From Octopus sinensis (taxonomy: Eukaryota), in NCBI RefSeq assembly GCF_006345805.1, contig NC_043003.1, forward strand, positions 7,502,001 through 7,566,000: a DNA stretch of 64,000 bases, written 5' to 3'. The notes under the pieces are model-generated. The model did not search any database, was not told where the DNA came from, and saw only the letters and a list, made by a program, of their open reading frames with translations. How positions within the stretch are numbered: the stretch's first letter is position 1; each line of letters opens with the position of its first letter. The position numbers and the translations under genes were made by a program. Of this stretch, positions 36,045 to 50,311 are shown one piece after another.

Positions 36045-36485
36045 CTGTTGTGTCTGGGGAGAGTCATTCTCTTTTGGTGCCTCATAATTTAACACACTGG
36101 TAAAATTTCCACTCATTTCTTTTTTATAAGGCACCAAAAGAGAATGACTCTCCGCAGACACAACAGAATATGCTTCAACACACAAACTCACATAAAGAAT
36201 CTTGCAAACCAAATCCAAAAATGAATTTGTATACATTCGCTGCTTTCTTCCAAGGAATCTAGTGCTCTTAGCTTAGTTTTTCCTTGGGGCTGACCAGATT
36301 GGAGCAATCTCGAGTATAACCAGCTGAAATTGCGAAGATAATCTGGAACTCAACTGAGGAAAGAAAGCTCCTAATTACCTGTCCTTGTTTTCTTTGTATC
36401 GTCTATCTGGATGTTTTGTTGTCCCTTTTTTGTATCACCTAATTGTCTGGATGTTTTGTATTCTTGTCCCAAATTTTGTATTTTG

Positions 36486-36519
<34 letters not shown>

Positions 36520-39424
36520 TACATTTAGTCTGTTGGAGAATCTCAACTGACCAACATTCAACTTCCTTAATGTCCTTTCGTTTTGATGATATTTCACTTG
36601 AAATCTTCAAAATGTGAACTTGTTTTATTATATGTTTTGTAATTTTTATTGAGTGTAAATTGAAACAATTGTAGGCAATGGCAATTAATAAATTAATTTA
36701 TATCCATTAAATCTCTCCATTTTCTTAAAAATAATAATATTTGATATTTATAATATTAATAATTGAGGCGATATCTTTTCACAATATATACATTAAACCA
36801 GTATAATTTGGAAGGAACCACCCCTATAAGAGGTTTATATACCCTCATAGTGACTATATATATATATATAAAGTTAATCCAAACAAGAAAGCACGAAAAA
36901 AACACAACAACACAAGGATGTGGAACAAATATAGTATTATTGGACGCTCAGGAAATATATATATATGTAATGGTTAAAATTGATTTGTAAACAATAATAT
37001 ATGTTAATAGTCAGCTGGTGTGACGATAAGAGTTTGTTATTAAAACAGCAAGTTGTAAGATGTGCAAGATGAACAATGCATGAAGTTTTAAGAAAGTATT
37101 TATTTACCATTACGTTACAATTACCTTGCCTTGATAGGCAGGTTGTGATAAATCCAAAAGCATGCGAAGTAAAGTTTGTTTTTATATCCTCTCCTTTGTT
37201 TAGTAGTAATTGTTGAGACAAATAGAAGGATGTTGTAAGGGAACAGAATTAGAGCTAGAGAGAAGTGTTGGGTGCTGTCTGACAGTAAACTTCCTTTCTC
37301 CCTCTGACCAAGGTTCTAGCTGGTCAGCCAGACTTCGGTGTCACTGAAGTGGCTACGTGGTTGAGTCATCACCAGCTGGTGACGAACTGATTTTTGCTTG
37401 GGATGTGTTTGCTTATATAACAATCCAGAAGGATAGATATATCATTGAGAACAATAGATTTAGTTGGTGGTCTTGTTATCTCTATTTCTAGCTTTTGGTG
37501 CAGTAGAAGAGGTTAGAAAGGGTCAAGTGGTGAAGACATTATTTCAGCCTAGCTAAAGGCACCTGGAAAATGTAAAACTGCTGTCAGAGAAAAACCATTG
37601 ATCCACTGTGGGAAAAGTTCTGTTGCAGCGTTAATTTAAATTTGGCTATGGTGGATCGAATCCACTTCATGCATGCTAGATTCACTACATATGTATATAT
37701 AAAGCAACCACTACACTCTCGGAGAGGTTGGCGTTGGGAAGGGCATTCAGCTGTAGAAACACAACCAGATCAGATTGGGGCCTGGTGCAGCCTCCTGGCT
37801 TCCCAGAGCCCAATCGAACTGGCCAAGCCATGGTAGCATGGAAAATGGACGTTAAACGATGATGATGTTATGTACATGTATGTGTGTGTGTCTATCTGTC
37901 TTGGTGTTTGTTCCCCACTAGTGTTTGACAAGCAGTGTTGGTTTGTTTACATCCCTGTAATTTAGCATTTTGGCTGTAGAGCCCTACAGAATAAGTACCA
38001 ATCTCATAAGTACTGAGGTTGATTTGTTTGACTGAAACCGTTCAAAATGGTGCTCCAGTTTGGCCTCAGCCCAATGACTGAACCTATGAAACTTACAATT
38101 ATTTCTTTTATGCATCTCGTTACATTACGTGTTAACACATTTGGTTTTTCATGTTGATAGGATATCTAGACACAGGTATGGCTCATCATCATCATCATCA
38201 TCATCGTTTAACATCTACTTTCCATGCTAGCATGAATTGGACGATTTGACTGAGGACTGGCGAACCAGATGACTGCACCAGGCTCCAATCTGATTTGGCA
38301 GAGTCTCTGCAGCTGGATGCCCTTCCTAACACCAACCACTCTAAGAGTGTAGTGGGTGCTTTTACGTGCCACTGGCATGAGGGCCAGTCAGGCGGTACTG
38401 GCAATGGCCACACTGAAGTTCAGGGCCAGTTCAGCGGCACTGGCAATGACCTCGCTTGAATATTTTTCATGTGCCACAGGCACAAGTGACAGTTAGGCGA
38501 CACTGGTGTGTTAGAAATTTGCTTTCCAACCATATGGTACCTGGTTCAGTTCCACTGTGTGGCATTTGGGCAAATATCTTCTACAATATTCTCAGGCCGA
38601 CCAAACCCCTATGAATTTATTTGGTACACGGAAACTGAAAGAAGCCTGTCGTATGTGTGTGTGTATATATATATATATGTATGTATCTGTGTTTGTCCTC
38701 CACTACCGCTTGAAACATATTGATGTGTTTACATGTCCATAACATAGCGGTTCGGCAAAAGACACCGATAGAATAAGAACCAAACTTTAAAAAAATACTA
38801 AAATCCTTGAACGCGGTGCCCCAGCATGGCCGCAGTCAAACGACTGAAACAAGTAAAAGAAAACTTGTTCGTGTGTGTGTGAAATAAACCATTAAAGTGC
38901 CAAAAAGTAGGTTTTTACGTCAACTAGTTGAATATTTAGTGAAACGAAACTCTGTTTTGAGAGGTTTTTGTTTTTGTAAACAACCCTAGGCTTGGTTTAT
39001 AGTGGCGGGAAATCTATCAAAAGTGCATTCGTGAAACAGAAAGATGCTTAAATTTATAGGAATCTAAAACCAGTTCTTGCATATCTCGCAACATTCTTTA
39101 TTTGTCATAGTTATCTTCGAAGTCCAGTGCGTTAAGAATGTATTAGAGATTTCTAAAACAGTGTCTCTGGCCGAAGCTAATTGTTTTTCGTTAGAAAGCC
39201 AACTTGTTAGTAGTTTCCCTCTTCAAAGTAGAATTATTAAATGGAAATTTGTTTGTAGATTTATTTGAAATAGAAACTGTGATGATGTGGCTTTCGTTCT
39301 TTGTAGTTTTCTGGAGTATTAAATGCAGTACTGGAAACAATCTGTGGAAATTTGTCAGATTATTCCCAAATTGCTTCTGTTACACCGGTTACGTTTTTTT
39401 AAAAAATAAAATAGTAAAAGTCTA

Positions 39425-39515
39425 ATTGACCAATCGGAGGTGAGCATGAAAGAAATCCAACCAATCAGCGAAGCGATACGGTGAGAGGTCGAAGGTCAGA
39501 CGTGACGTTGATTTC
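39425..39515 (+). promoter_or_regulatory. Putative proximal promoter
   Basis: CCAAT at 39430 and 39461, DR1-like AGGTCG-A-AGGTCA at 39486-39498, CRE-like TGACGT at about 39503. CpG-richer and repeat-poor, about 500 bp upstream of the candidate first coding exon. Confidence 0.5.
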
Positions 39516-40006
39516 CCGGTTTAATTTTTATTTTTTCTTTTCATTCAAGTGTCCACGTTGTTAAGATTTTAGCAAAATTCCAACTATTTCTTATAACCCC
39601 GACTACCAGTGATGTAAGGAAGCACTCAGGGTAGCGCGTTACTATACATAGGAGAATTTCAACTTTGGTACTTGATAGATTCTTTGTTTTACATTGAAAT
39701 ATTTATATTTGTATATATATATGTGTGTTATTTAAAAAATTAGTTTTCCAGCAGTTGATAGTTCAGAGTCGAAATCCAGTGGAACCTCATTTTTCCCCCC
39801 CTCATTTCACTGCTGAACAATGATATAAACGAAAAGACAGTCGTTTGATTTCAAGTATGGCAGAGCCGTTTTGATTTTAGTCTCTTCATATTATTAAACA
39901 AGAAATTTACATAGAACGAAAAGTAAAAAGAAGGAAAAAAAAACCTTGACCATAATTAACTACCATTTTGGAACAGACCTATTAAAGTTTCTGGCACTCA
40001 TTGAAA

Positions 40007-40035
40007 ATGATCGCAGACAGTCCAGTAATGGCGAG
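40007..40035 (+). CDS. Unidentified gene, candidate first coding exon (MIADSPVMA-AG|)
   Basis: ATG with A at -3, donor GAG|GTATGT. Phase 2 joins exon 60245 in frame. Confidence 0.45.
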
Positions 40036-41958
40036 GTATGTGGTAAATATACTTCATTAAATTGTATGTACCTTCGATAATAAAGTGACCGTTTGTATGT
40101 ATATGTGTAAATGTAGATATAAATTTACATGTGTGTGTGTGTGTGTGTGAAAAGGAGGAGAGCAACCGAATGGCAATAACTTGTAAAAGTACCAGAAATG
40201 TAAATGCTACATTTATTGCATATTTCTCGTTGTCTGCACCTCTCTTGCATCCGACCTTCACCCTCCTGTGTTCCTGCACAGCTCAGCTGATGTAGTTCTC
40301 AGTTTCTAGTCATCATTCACAGAATATCTTCGATTCTTTTATTATTATCATTTGTGTGTGTGTGTTTAAATCTATAATGGCACAGCTCGTAATAAAATTG
40401 TTGCAATTAATCTTCGAAAGACTCCGAAACCGGTACTTGGTTTTGTTCGACTTGAATTTTTTTGTGTTTGCTAATTATACGATGTATTACTAAGAAAGTA
40501 AAAAAAAGAAATCATTCTTAAGACGATAACGAATTCTGTCTTACCAACGTGGCAAAGCGTTGTGGCTTCATTTTAGTAATTATCTTTGTATAAACAGCTA
40601 TTTTATTTCGTCAATACTTTCTTTTTGACAACATTTCTAAACTAAAATAATTTCATTTTACTTTTGCCCCTCTATTTGGCAAAGGATTGTTATTTTTTTA
40701 TGCAGGGAAACATTTTTATACAGTGCAATTTTCTGAGAATGTTTCACGTGGTGTCATTATCAGCTGACGGGATCGTCTCTCTTTTACCGGTCGGTACTCA
40801 TTAAACTAATGACTAGATTAAACCTCAGTAATAGAGAATACTATTTCACATGACATTAAAAGCTGCTCTTGAAAAAGTCACGAATGTCGTCGCACTTTTC
40901 AAAACCCTCGCTTCTATAAATAGGCATTTTCTTTGTCAGAAATCATATTTCTACACACGACTTTTAGTTAAAGATAAACCTTGTAAGGGTGAGAAATAGT
41001 GATTTATTTCGATATGTACTGGCGACTCCCTTTTTTTTCTTTTGGCAACCTTTCGTCTAAACATCGCTCGGGTTTGTATTAGGGATAAAATAAATTATAG
41101 GACATTGTTTTGGAAATTCTTTATAGTTGGGTAAATGTTGATATATATATATATACCATTGAACATGATTTAATAGAGAGGAGAAACTTTGGTGACCATA
41201 AAAGGCACAAAACTAAAAATGAAACTGTTTAGTTCCACGTCAACCGTTACCAAAAAGGTCCATCATGAAAATCGGTCAAAACTTCACTATTCAGTCTGTT
41301 TCCATTGTTCACTATATCCATCCTTATTTACAATAAGGAGCGACTTGAGGGAGATTTGACTACTATTTCTAGTTAATGGAGCTACCGCAGAGTGGCTTCT
41401 TCTGTTTACACGACGCAATTATTTTATTTACATTTTGTGTAGATGTCAGAAGACATCTGATAATATTTCTTAGCACTTATAATCGTGTGTTTGTTATCTT
41501 TGTGGTACCCCTATGTCTATATAAGCGATCGGCGTCCACGTGTAATACATTATAAGTACAAGCACGACGATCTATAATTATGACATTACAATTACGGGTC
41601 GTTACTCTACTTTTTATAGCCCCAGGTCAGGTCTGATCGAGCAGAGCCAAGGCGTCCCGGATGGAATCACTACTTTCTGTTTTTATAACAGACCTTTATT
41701 TAATACCAACTGCTTTTCTTTTTAAATTAATTTTTGCGAATGAAGGTTATGAGTTGTAGGAGATCCGACATCTATTTTTAGTCGATGGGGCGACTACGTA
41801 AACGCTCTCTGCTGTACGTACCATCAGATCAACCGTTGTGTATATAGGGTGTACAAATGTATATACATTTACTACTCATGGTCTTTATGTACATTATCAT
41901 AGAGCTTGCTTCCAGAGATACATTCACGGATGTGGGTGTATATATAGCATACACTCAC

Positions 41959-42013
<55 letters not shown>

Positions 42014-42048
42014 AGAAGTATTGGGGGTGTTGTACAGATTTAATACGT

Positions 42049-42259
42049 ATGAAAGAAAAAAGGTGTTCAGAATGCTGGATGGTTGTAAAAATATATATTT
42101 ATTTACATATCACATATTATTTCTTCATATTAGCGCTTTCAACTACAGGAGTAGTTTCAGAGTAGTTGAAAGCGCTAATATGAAGAAATAATATGTGATA
42201 TGTAAATAAATATATATTTTTTACAACCATCCAGCATTCTGAACACCTTTTTCTTTCAT
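42049..42259. repeat. Near-perfect palindrome, arms of about 98 bp with a 15-nt spacer
   Basis: 42049-42146 is the reverse complement of 42162-42259 apart from homopolymer lengths. Confidence 0.95.
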
Positions 42260-45007
42260 TTATATATATATATGCATTTATGGGAATAAAAGACCACCGG
42301 CATATTAAACGCACCCCAGTTTTAGCAATACATATTTAGGAAGTAAAGATGTTCATGCTTGTGGAAGGCCAGGTCCAGGGGTGATTTTTTTAAAAAGTTT
42401 TTTTTGAAATAAAATAAAGTGTGTCTTATATGCCATCAGATAGGATGTGTGTGTCGCACATTAATCATAGCTGCTTACATTGAAGGTATACGTCCACCAA
42501 GAGTAGGTAATTCGATACGGAGACAAAGTACACATCACCTAGATTTAACGGATCTTTAATTGATCGACTAATTGAACTGTCTAGTCGTTGTAATTATAAT
42601 GTCTGTGGTTGAGTATTCCGCATAGGGGAGTACACACCCATGGCACTGTTCTCAGACTGACTCGGTTTTATGCGAGGATTGACAGAATAAAACTATTTTG
42701 GCGTCCACAGAGTCTTCGTTAACCTAATTTTCCTCACATGGTTTCGGGCGACCCGAGATGACTTGCTCGGGATGTTGCGCAGTGGTTGCGAAATGAAATT
42801 CTTCACATTTCGGTCGTGTTTGCGTACACACACATGTATAAACTCGAACCTACTCGTAGACCACCACATGGTTTCGTTTTGATGTCCGCTGTGTCAACAC
42901 GATCATGCGTTGGACGAGAATTCTTTAGACGGTATTCAGCGATCGGTTTTTCCCGATGAAGTGCTCTGCATCAAGGGATGCAGAATAAGGACTCTGTGTT
43001 GAAATTCTGCTGAAATTATTGAAGAAAATTTTTTAAATAAAATCAAGTTAATGTTAGAACTGGTTACATGGTGTACTCTGATATGAACTGCCGCCCCACG
43101 TGTTTAGATACACATATCTATATGTATACACACACGTGTGTGTATGTATCTGTTTGTTTGTGTGTGTGTGTATATATATATATTTGCATGTCTATATGTG
43201 TGTATATATATGTATTTATGAGCTCTATGTTCATATGTATATATACATATCTACATGTGTTTATATATATGTATTTTATCTTTTTATTTGTTTGTCATTC
43301 GACTGTGGCCATGCTGGGACATCGCCTTGAAGGGTTTTAATCGAACGAATCGATCCCCAAGACATTTAAAAAAAAAAGTCTATTATTTTATCGGTCTCTT
43401 TTGTCGAGCTGCTAAGTTACGGGGACGTAAACATACTAATACCGGTTGTCAAGTGGTGGTGGGATGGAGAAACACACACGCACATATATAACGGTCTTCT
43501 TTCAGTTTGTGTCTACCAAATTCACTCACAAGGCTTTGGTTGACTCCAGGCTATAGTAGAGGACAGGTGGGACTGAACTCGGAACCATGTTGTTGGGAAG
43601 CAAGCTTCTTGCTGCGCCTATGCATGCGTGCCTGTGTGTATGAGAAAGACGAGGTATATTGGAGCATAGTTTCCTATGACCAGAGGCGCTTCCTGATGTG
43701 ACATCCTGTTTCCAATAGAGAGAATGATCTGAAGTTTACAGTATTGAATTTCGGAGACTGCAACCAGATAACACCGTCTGCAGGAGTAGCGAGGCTCTTG
43801 TGTTACAACCAATATGTGTATACATGTGTGTGTTTGTATATATGTATATACATTTGTGTATGTATATAAAAATATTTATAGGATGTTTTGCAAACAACGC
43901 AGTGGCTGTGTGGTAAGTAGCTTGCTTACCGACCACATGGTTCCGGGTTCATTCCCACTGCATGGCACCTTCGGCAAGTGTCTTTTACTATAGCCTCGGG
44001 CCGACCAAAGCCTTGTGAATGGATTTGGTAGACGGTAACTGAAGGAAGCCCGTTGTATATATGTATATATATGTATTTGTGTGTCTGTTTGTACCCCCAC
44101 CATCACTTGACAACCGATGGTGGTGTGTTTACGTCCTTGCAACGTAGCGGTTCAGCAATAAGTCCTGGGGGTCGAATGGCTGCATTCAAATGCCTGAAAC
44201 AAGTAAAAGAGTATATGCAAGTGTTACCAGTTGAGGACTCTGCATACCGGAAGCCAGCAAATGTATGGGGTCATCAGGAGAGAATGCATGTCGTGGCTGT
44301 GTGGTAAGCCTCCAACCTATGCAAGCATGTAAAAGTGGACACTCGGACAATGATGTTACACATGTACATAGAGAAACCAACATGTGTGTGTCTTTCTGTC
44401 ATTGCCTTCTCTTATAACTCTCTCCTCTTGGCCAAATTGCTTTTACTCTGTCGATGTCTTCGAATACTGAACGGCCATGCATGTCTTAAAGATTATCTAT
44501 AGAAGACAACACTTGGTCAGCTGTGTCCAGTACTTTTTATCTTCACCTCTTCCCTCCTGTTCTGCCTCTTATCAGCCCATCTTGTTCTTCCTCCTATCGT
44601 ACTCCTGCCCCTCTTCTGCTACATTTTCTAGGTTTCTTGTCATTCTGTTTCCAGGTTGGCATTGCCTTTTTGTATTGCTCTCCCTTCTCAACCACATTTC
44701 TTTGAATAAATGTACATATTCCCACAATAGGCTGTACTCTTATCACCATTCCTCTTATTTTATTCTTAAGGCAGCAAACATTAAACGATGATGATGATAT
44801 ATATGCATACATATGGATGTGTGTGTGATTATATACCTTTGTGTATTTGAGTCAGCCAAAATTGTGAGGATGATCTGGTGCTTGACTGAAGAAAGAAAAC
44901 TTTGAATGACCCGTCCTTGTTTTCTTTGTATCATCTATCTGGATGTTTCGTTGTCCCTTTTTGTATCACCCACTTGTCTGGATGTTTTGCGTTCTTGTCC
45001 CATTTTG

Positions 45008-45040
<33 letters not shown>

Positions 45041-46053
45041 GCTGCGTACGTACATTTTGTTCTCTTGGCACATAAAAGGCACCATTCGAGTGTGATCATT
45101 ACCAGCATCGCCTTACTGGCACTTGTGCCCCGTGCTAGTAGGGTGCTAAGAGCACCACCCGAACGTGATCATTGCCAGAGCAGCTGACTGGCTTCCGTGC
45201 CGGTGGCATGTAAAAGACACCATTCAAGTGTGATTGTACCATCATCGCCTTACTGGCACCTGTGCTGGTGGCATGTGTAAAAAGATTCGAGCGAGGTCAT
45301 TCCAGTACCGCCTGATTGGCGATCACCATTGAAGTCCAGCTGTGTTGAAAATTGCTGTATTATATAATATGGCCATGGTGTTTTCATCTCTGCTCCATGG
45401 TTTCCAATCACTTTGAATAATTGTTCTAATGCAATGACCTTTGACAAGTTCATCAATCTTCTTTTCATTTTTCCTTTTGAAATCTATTGACCTTAGTCCC
45501 ATTTCAAATACTAGCCATTCCCTTTGTTCCCCCACCTTACATATCGACATATCTTTGTATTTCATAGTATACTAACCAACCTTTTGATCACCTACGACTC
45601 TACATCTACGTAATATTATTGCACTTTAAAGCAAAGGAAACCTTAATAGTCTTGTATGTGTAATCATATGAGTAATCCAGCAAGCCAAGTGATACCATAA
45701 CCTTGTGGCCTAAGCCAAGGGTGTAACCAGCCCACTTATGCATACCTTCCCTTCATTGGACACTGCTTGCGAAGACCTGTTGAAGCAAGTGAAATTGGAA
45801 TCGAAATCAAATCAGGAATTCCATAGTATCTGTAGAGTTTATATGTTCTTTTCTACTTTAGGCACAAGGGCCCTGAAATTTTTGGGGAGGGGGCCAGTCA
45901 ATTGATCAATCCTAGTACGCAATTCGTACATAATTTATTGACTCCGAAAGGATGAAAGGCAGAGTCGACCATGGTGAAATTTGAACTCAGTACATTAAGA
46001 CAGGCGAAATACCACTAAGCATTTTGCCCGGCATGCTAACGTCTATATATTAA

Positions 46054-46268
46054 CCCTTTCAATACCAACCTGGCTGAAACTGCCTCTGGCTCTGTTGTCT
46101 TGTTTTCATAATTTCTGAACTAAAACCTTTCACCAAACCGTAGTCACAATTTATGTGTCCTAACACCAGCTTAATGATAACTAAGTTATTTTACTAAATT
46201 CTTTGTTATATTTACAATTAATTGAAAGAAACACAGAGCATCTCAAAATAAATACAGTAGTGAAAAGG
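46054..46268. mobile_element. piggyBac-type MITE (degenerate copy)
   Basis: TTAA|CCCTTTC...AAAAGG|TTAA. Same family as 50090-50311 and 63511-63715. Confidence 0.75.
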
Positions 46269-47769
46269 TTAATAAATGGTAGAGAATGGAATGAACAATG
46301 TTCTTTATTTAGAATCACTACAATTGTTTTGACACAGTTTTACTCCTGTGGCACATTGGTAAGATGTGGAATCATATCTGTTGCTATATCTATGCGTTTA
46401 GGTTTGTCTGTAAACTGCTGAGAATGAGACATTACTTTAGGAATGCATTCTCACACTGAAAGAAATTACAGCAGAATCTAATGAAAGACTTATTTAAGCA
46501 ATCACCTGAAGAAGTGCGTTTTACACCTTGGATCGATGATAATGACTACACAACATCTCATCATTGAACTAGAGGTGTGAAACTGTGTCCAAACAATTTT
46601 AATGATTTTAAATATTGTTCATTCCATATAATATATATCATCATCATTTAACGTCTTGTTTTCCATGCTGGCATGGATTGGACAGTATGGCTGGAGCTGG
46701 CAAGCTGCACCAGATTCTGGTCATATGTTTTGGCCTGGTTTCTACAGCTGGATGCCCTTCCTTAACCCTTTAGCATTCAGACTACTCTGTCAAATTTAAT
46801 GCTTATTTATTCACATTGTTTTGAAGTGACAATGCATTGTCTCATAGCTTTGAAAATTTTTATGTTGTGATTGCATACTTTTAGAATGACATTGTAGAGT
46901 AGGAGTAAGAGGCTGGAGCTGGCCAGTTTGGACAAAAAACAGGTACAATATTTTGGCCGGATATGGCCAGTTTAACTGCTAAAGTGTTAACACCAGCCAC
47001 TTTACAGAGTGTACTAGGTGTATTTTTTACATGGCACTAGCACAGGTGTATTTTTACATGACAGTGGCACTAGTATAGGTGTATTTCTTTTTACATGGCA
47101 CACATATAATGCCTGCTGCTCATATTTTTGTTTTTAATGTTTTAACACTATAAATTACACAACACCTCACCAATGAACTCTAGGTGTAATATTGTGTCAA
47201 AGCAGCTGTCTACCTTGACTTGGCCCCTACTTTCTGAGCGAAGTTGGGCAGACAGAAACTGAACGGAAGCCTGTCGGATGGTTTGGATCTGTAACTCGGG
47301 TGGCAGCACAGTCTTGCCTGAGTGTTATGTGAAGGGTATGTGTGTCTGTGGAGCAGTCGGCCACTTTGATGTGAATTTGGGGATAGGTGATTCAGTTGAT
47401 CAAAAGCTGTATCCTTCATCGATGGAACAAATGAGCTATCACCACACACACACACAGATATACCAGAATACACATAGATGTACGCTCACACACATAGGTA
47501 TCCATACACACACGCACACACACAGATATATTCGAATACAGATAGATGTAAGCTTACACATAGATGTACACTCACATGTATATGTATGCACATACACACA
47601 CACCTGTGTATATATACTTTTTGCCATTTTGTTGGAAATTTTTACACACAATTTTGTATGCCGATTACTAAAATCTCAAATGAATTAGATGAAAAAAGGG
47701 TGTCTTTTAAAGAATGAAATTTGTAAGTTTTTAGCCAATCAGTTTTCAACATCCCATTCAATACATTAT

Positions 47770-48140
47770 TTACATTTGATGGATATTTGTCCTCATCTTA
47801 TTTGTTGTTAACACAACAATGTCTTGGAGAAATTTAGATCCTGGGTTCTCATTCCTATGGTATTTTTCGTGGGCATATGGCGTAGTGGTTAAGAGCGCGG
47901 ACTACTAATCTGAAGATTCTGAGTTCGATTTCTGACAGTGACTTTAATAATAATAACAATAATAATAATAATATCTAAAAATACCTTAGGAATGAGAACC
48001 CAGGTTTGAAATTTCCCCAAGACACTTCATGAAGGCTGGAGGGTATATCAGTTGAAACGTGTTAACAAACAAGATGAGGAGAAATATCCATCAAATGTAA
48101 GTAATGTACATAATTCCTCATCTCTTAAGTATAGAACTGT
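47770..48140 (+). mobile_element. tRNA-head plus (AAT)n plus Penelope-like hammerhead tail, with an upstream inverted partial tail
   Basis: Box A TGGCGTAGTGG (47878), box B GAGTTCGATTT (47921), degenerate core TTCATGA..GAAACGTGTT at about 48026-48064. 47770-47867 is an inverted copy of the tail. Confidence 0.6.
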
Positions 48141-50089
48141 ATCCTATTCAACAGCTGATTGCAGTTGCCATGTTTGTATACAATTCCTTAGAACTGAGTG
48201 AAAGTCTTGGATTTAGAGTTAGGGTTTCATCGTTGTCGTTTAATGTCCGTCTTCATGCTGGCATGGGTGGGACGGTTCCACAAAATCTGGCCAGGCCAAA
48301 GCCTGCGCCAGACTTCTGTCGTTGTTTTGGCAGGATTTTTACACCTGTACGTCCTTCCTAACACCAACCACTTAGCTGCGTTTGCAGTACAATGTAAAAT
48401 TTGATTGTAAATGTTAATTTGTTGTTTCTTTTCACGAAATATTCTCATATTTAAAGGTTTTTATCAATTTTTCAACCATAATGTGATTTTCGTTAAGTTG
48501 CATCTTGAAAAAAAAAACAAACAAACATGGCACTTTCCGTAGCATTGCTCCAGCTTGTAGGTAATGGATGGATCTGATTGGCTAAAATTACAAATATCAA
48601 TCTGTAAAGATTTACTCTTTTACTTGTTTCAGTCATTTGACTGTGGCCATGCTGGAGCACCACCTTTAGTTGAGCAGATCAACCCCAGGACTTATTCTTT
48701 GTAAGCCTAGTACTTATTCTATCGGTCTCTCTTGCCAAACCGCTAAGTTATGGGGACATAAACACACCACCATCGGTTGTCAAGCGATGTTGGGGGGACA
48801 AACACAGACACACACACACACACACACACACATATGTATACATATATACGACGGGTCTCTTTCAGTTTCCGTCTAGCAAATCCACTCAGAAGGCTTTGGT
48901 CGGCGAGTTGTCTCTGATCTTCCCTGTATGAAGACTGGTGTCCCTTCTTGTTCAGTTTTGGCCCCTACACCTTTCTCCCTACACTCCAATGTATTCCCAT
49001 GTAGATGTTCCCACATGTCATTCCTTGCTGCATTGATTTCATGAATGCAGGTCTGGAAACCAATCTTGTCTCCTTCAACAACAACATGAACAACACATTA
49101 TTACCCTCTCACCCTGCTTAAACATGAATACCCAATCAGGAACCTAGGCTCCACTCTCATCATTATTGTTTTAATATGCTCGCCTTACTGGCACTTGTGC
49201 CCGTGCTAGTAGGGTGCTAAGTGCACCATCCGAGCGTGATCGTTGCCAGAGCGGCTAACTGGCTTCCATGCCGGTGGCACGTAAAAGACACCATTCGAGC
49301 ATGATCGTTACCTGTGCCGGTGGCATGTGTAAAAAGATTTGAGCGAGGTCATTGCCGGTTGGACGAAAAAAGCACCCACTACACTCTCAGAGTGGTTGGC
49401 GTTAGAAAGGGCATCCAGCTGTAGAAGCCCTTGCCAGATCAAGATTGGAGCCTGGTGCAGCCATCTGGTTCGCCAGTCCTCAGTCAAAATCGTCCAACCC
49501 ATGCTAGCATGGAAAGTGGACGTTAAACGATGAGGATTATGATGCACCTTTGTGATGCTTGCATGAGTGATGGAATTTGTTGAGACAGATTTTTCCATGG
49601 CCAGATGTCCTTCCTGTTGCCAATCCTCACCTCTTTCCAAGTGAGGTAATATTTCCTCATGACCAGACGTTTTTTCACAGAAGATTGGAAATGGACAAAT
49701 GGACACTGCCTGTATGATAGTGAAACTCATTTACAACCATCACACACTGTCAAGTCAAAGAGACACCAACTGACGTACATATACACATGTTGTTGTTCTT
49801 AATTTCACCCTTGTTTCCCCTCTTTCTTGTTTTCTTTATCTTATCCCTAATTCTACACCAAATGAGACATCTTGTTACTGTCCACATCAACCTTCTTCCT
49901 TCCAGCTATTCACTTTCACTTCCCAGTTCTTTCTTATTGTACTTCCTCATAGTCATGTTCTCTTTTTCTTTCCTTCCCCCCTCTACTGCTTCCTCATCCC
50001 CATACCATACTTTTAACTACTTCTGCATTTTCCCACTGCCTATTTACGTTTTCATCTTTATTCACTTTTTGTTTCCTCTTGGCCCTTAA

Positions 50090-50311
50090 CCCTTTCGTTA
50101 CCAACCCAGCTGAAACCACCTCTGGCTCTGTAGTACAAATGTCTTGTTTTCATAAGTTCTGAATTAAAATCTTCCACCAAACCTTAGTCACAATTTATGT
50201 TCCTAACACTAGCTTAATGTTAATTAAGTTATTTTACAAAATTCTTTGTTATACTTAAAGTAATTGAGAGAAACACAGAGCATCTCGAAAGAAATTCAGT
50301 AATGAAAGGGG
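50090..50311. mobile_element. piggyBac-type MITE
   Basis: TTAA|CCCTTTCGTTAC...GTAATGAAAGGGG|TTAA. Confidence 0.85.

Noticed and set aside
39430-39480. CCAAT boxes as an ER-stress element, and the 60245 exon as ATF6-like (EDLNSAL versus EDWDSAL)
   Set aside because: No CCACG at 9-nt spacing, and the peptide resemblance is too short to assign a gene.
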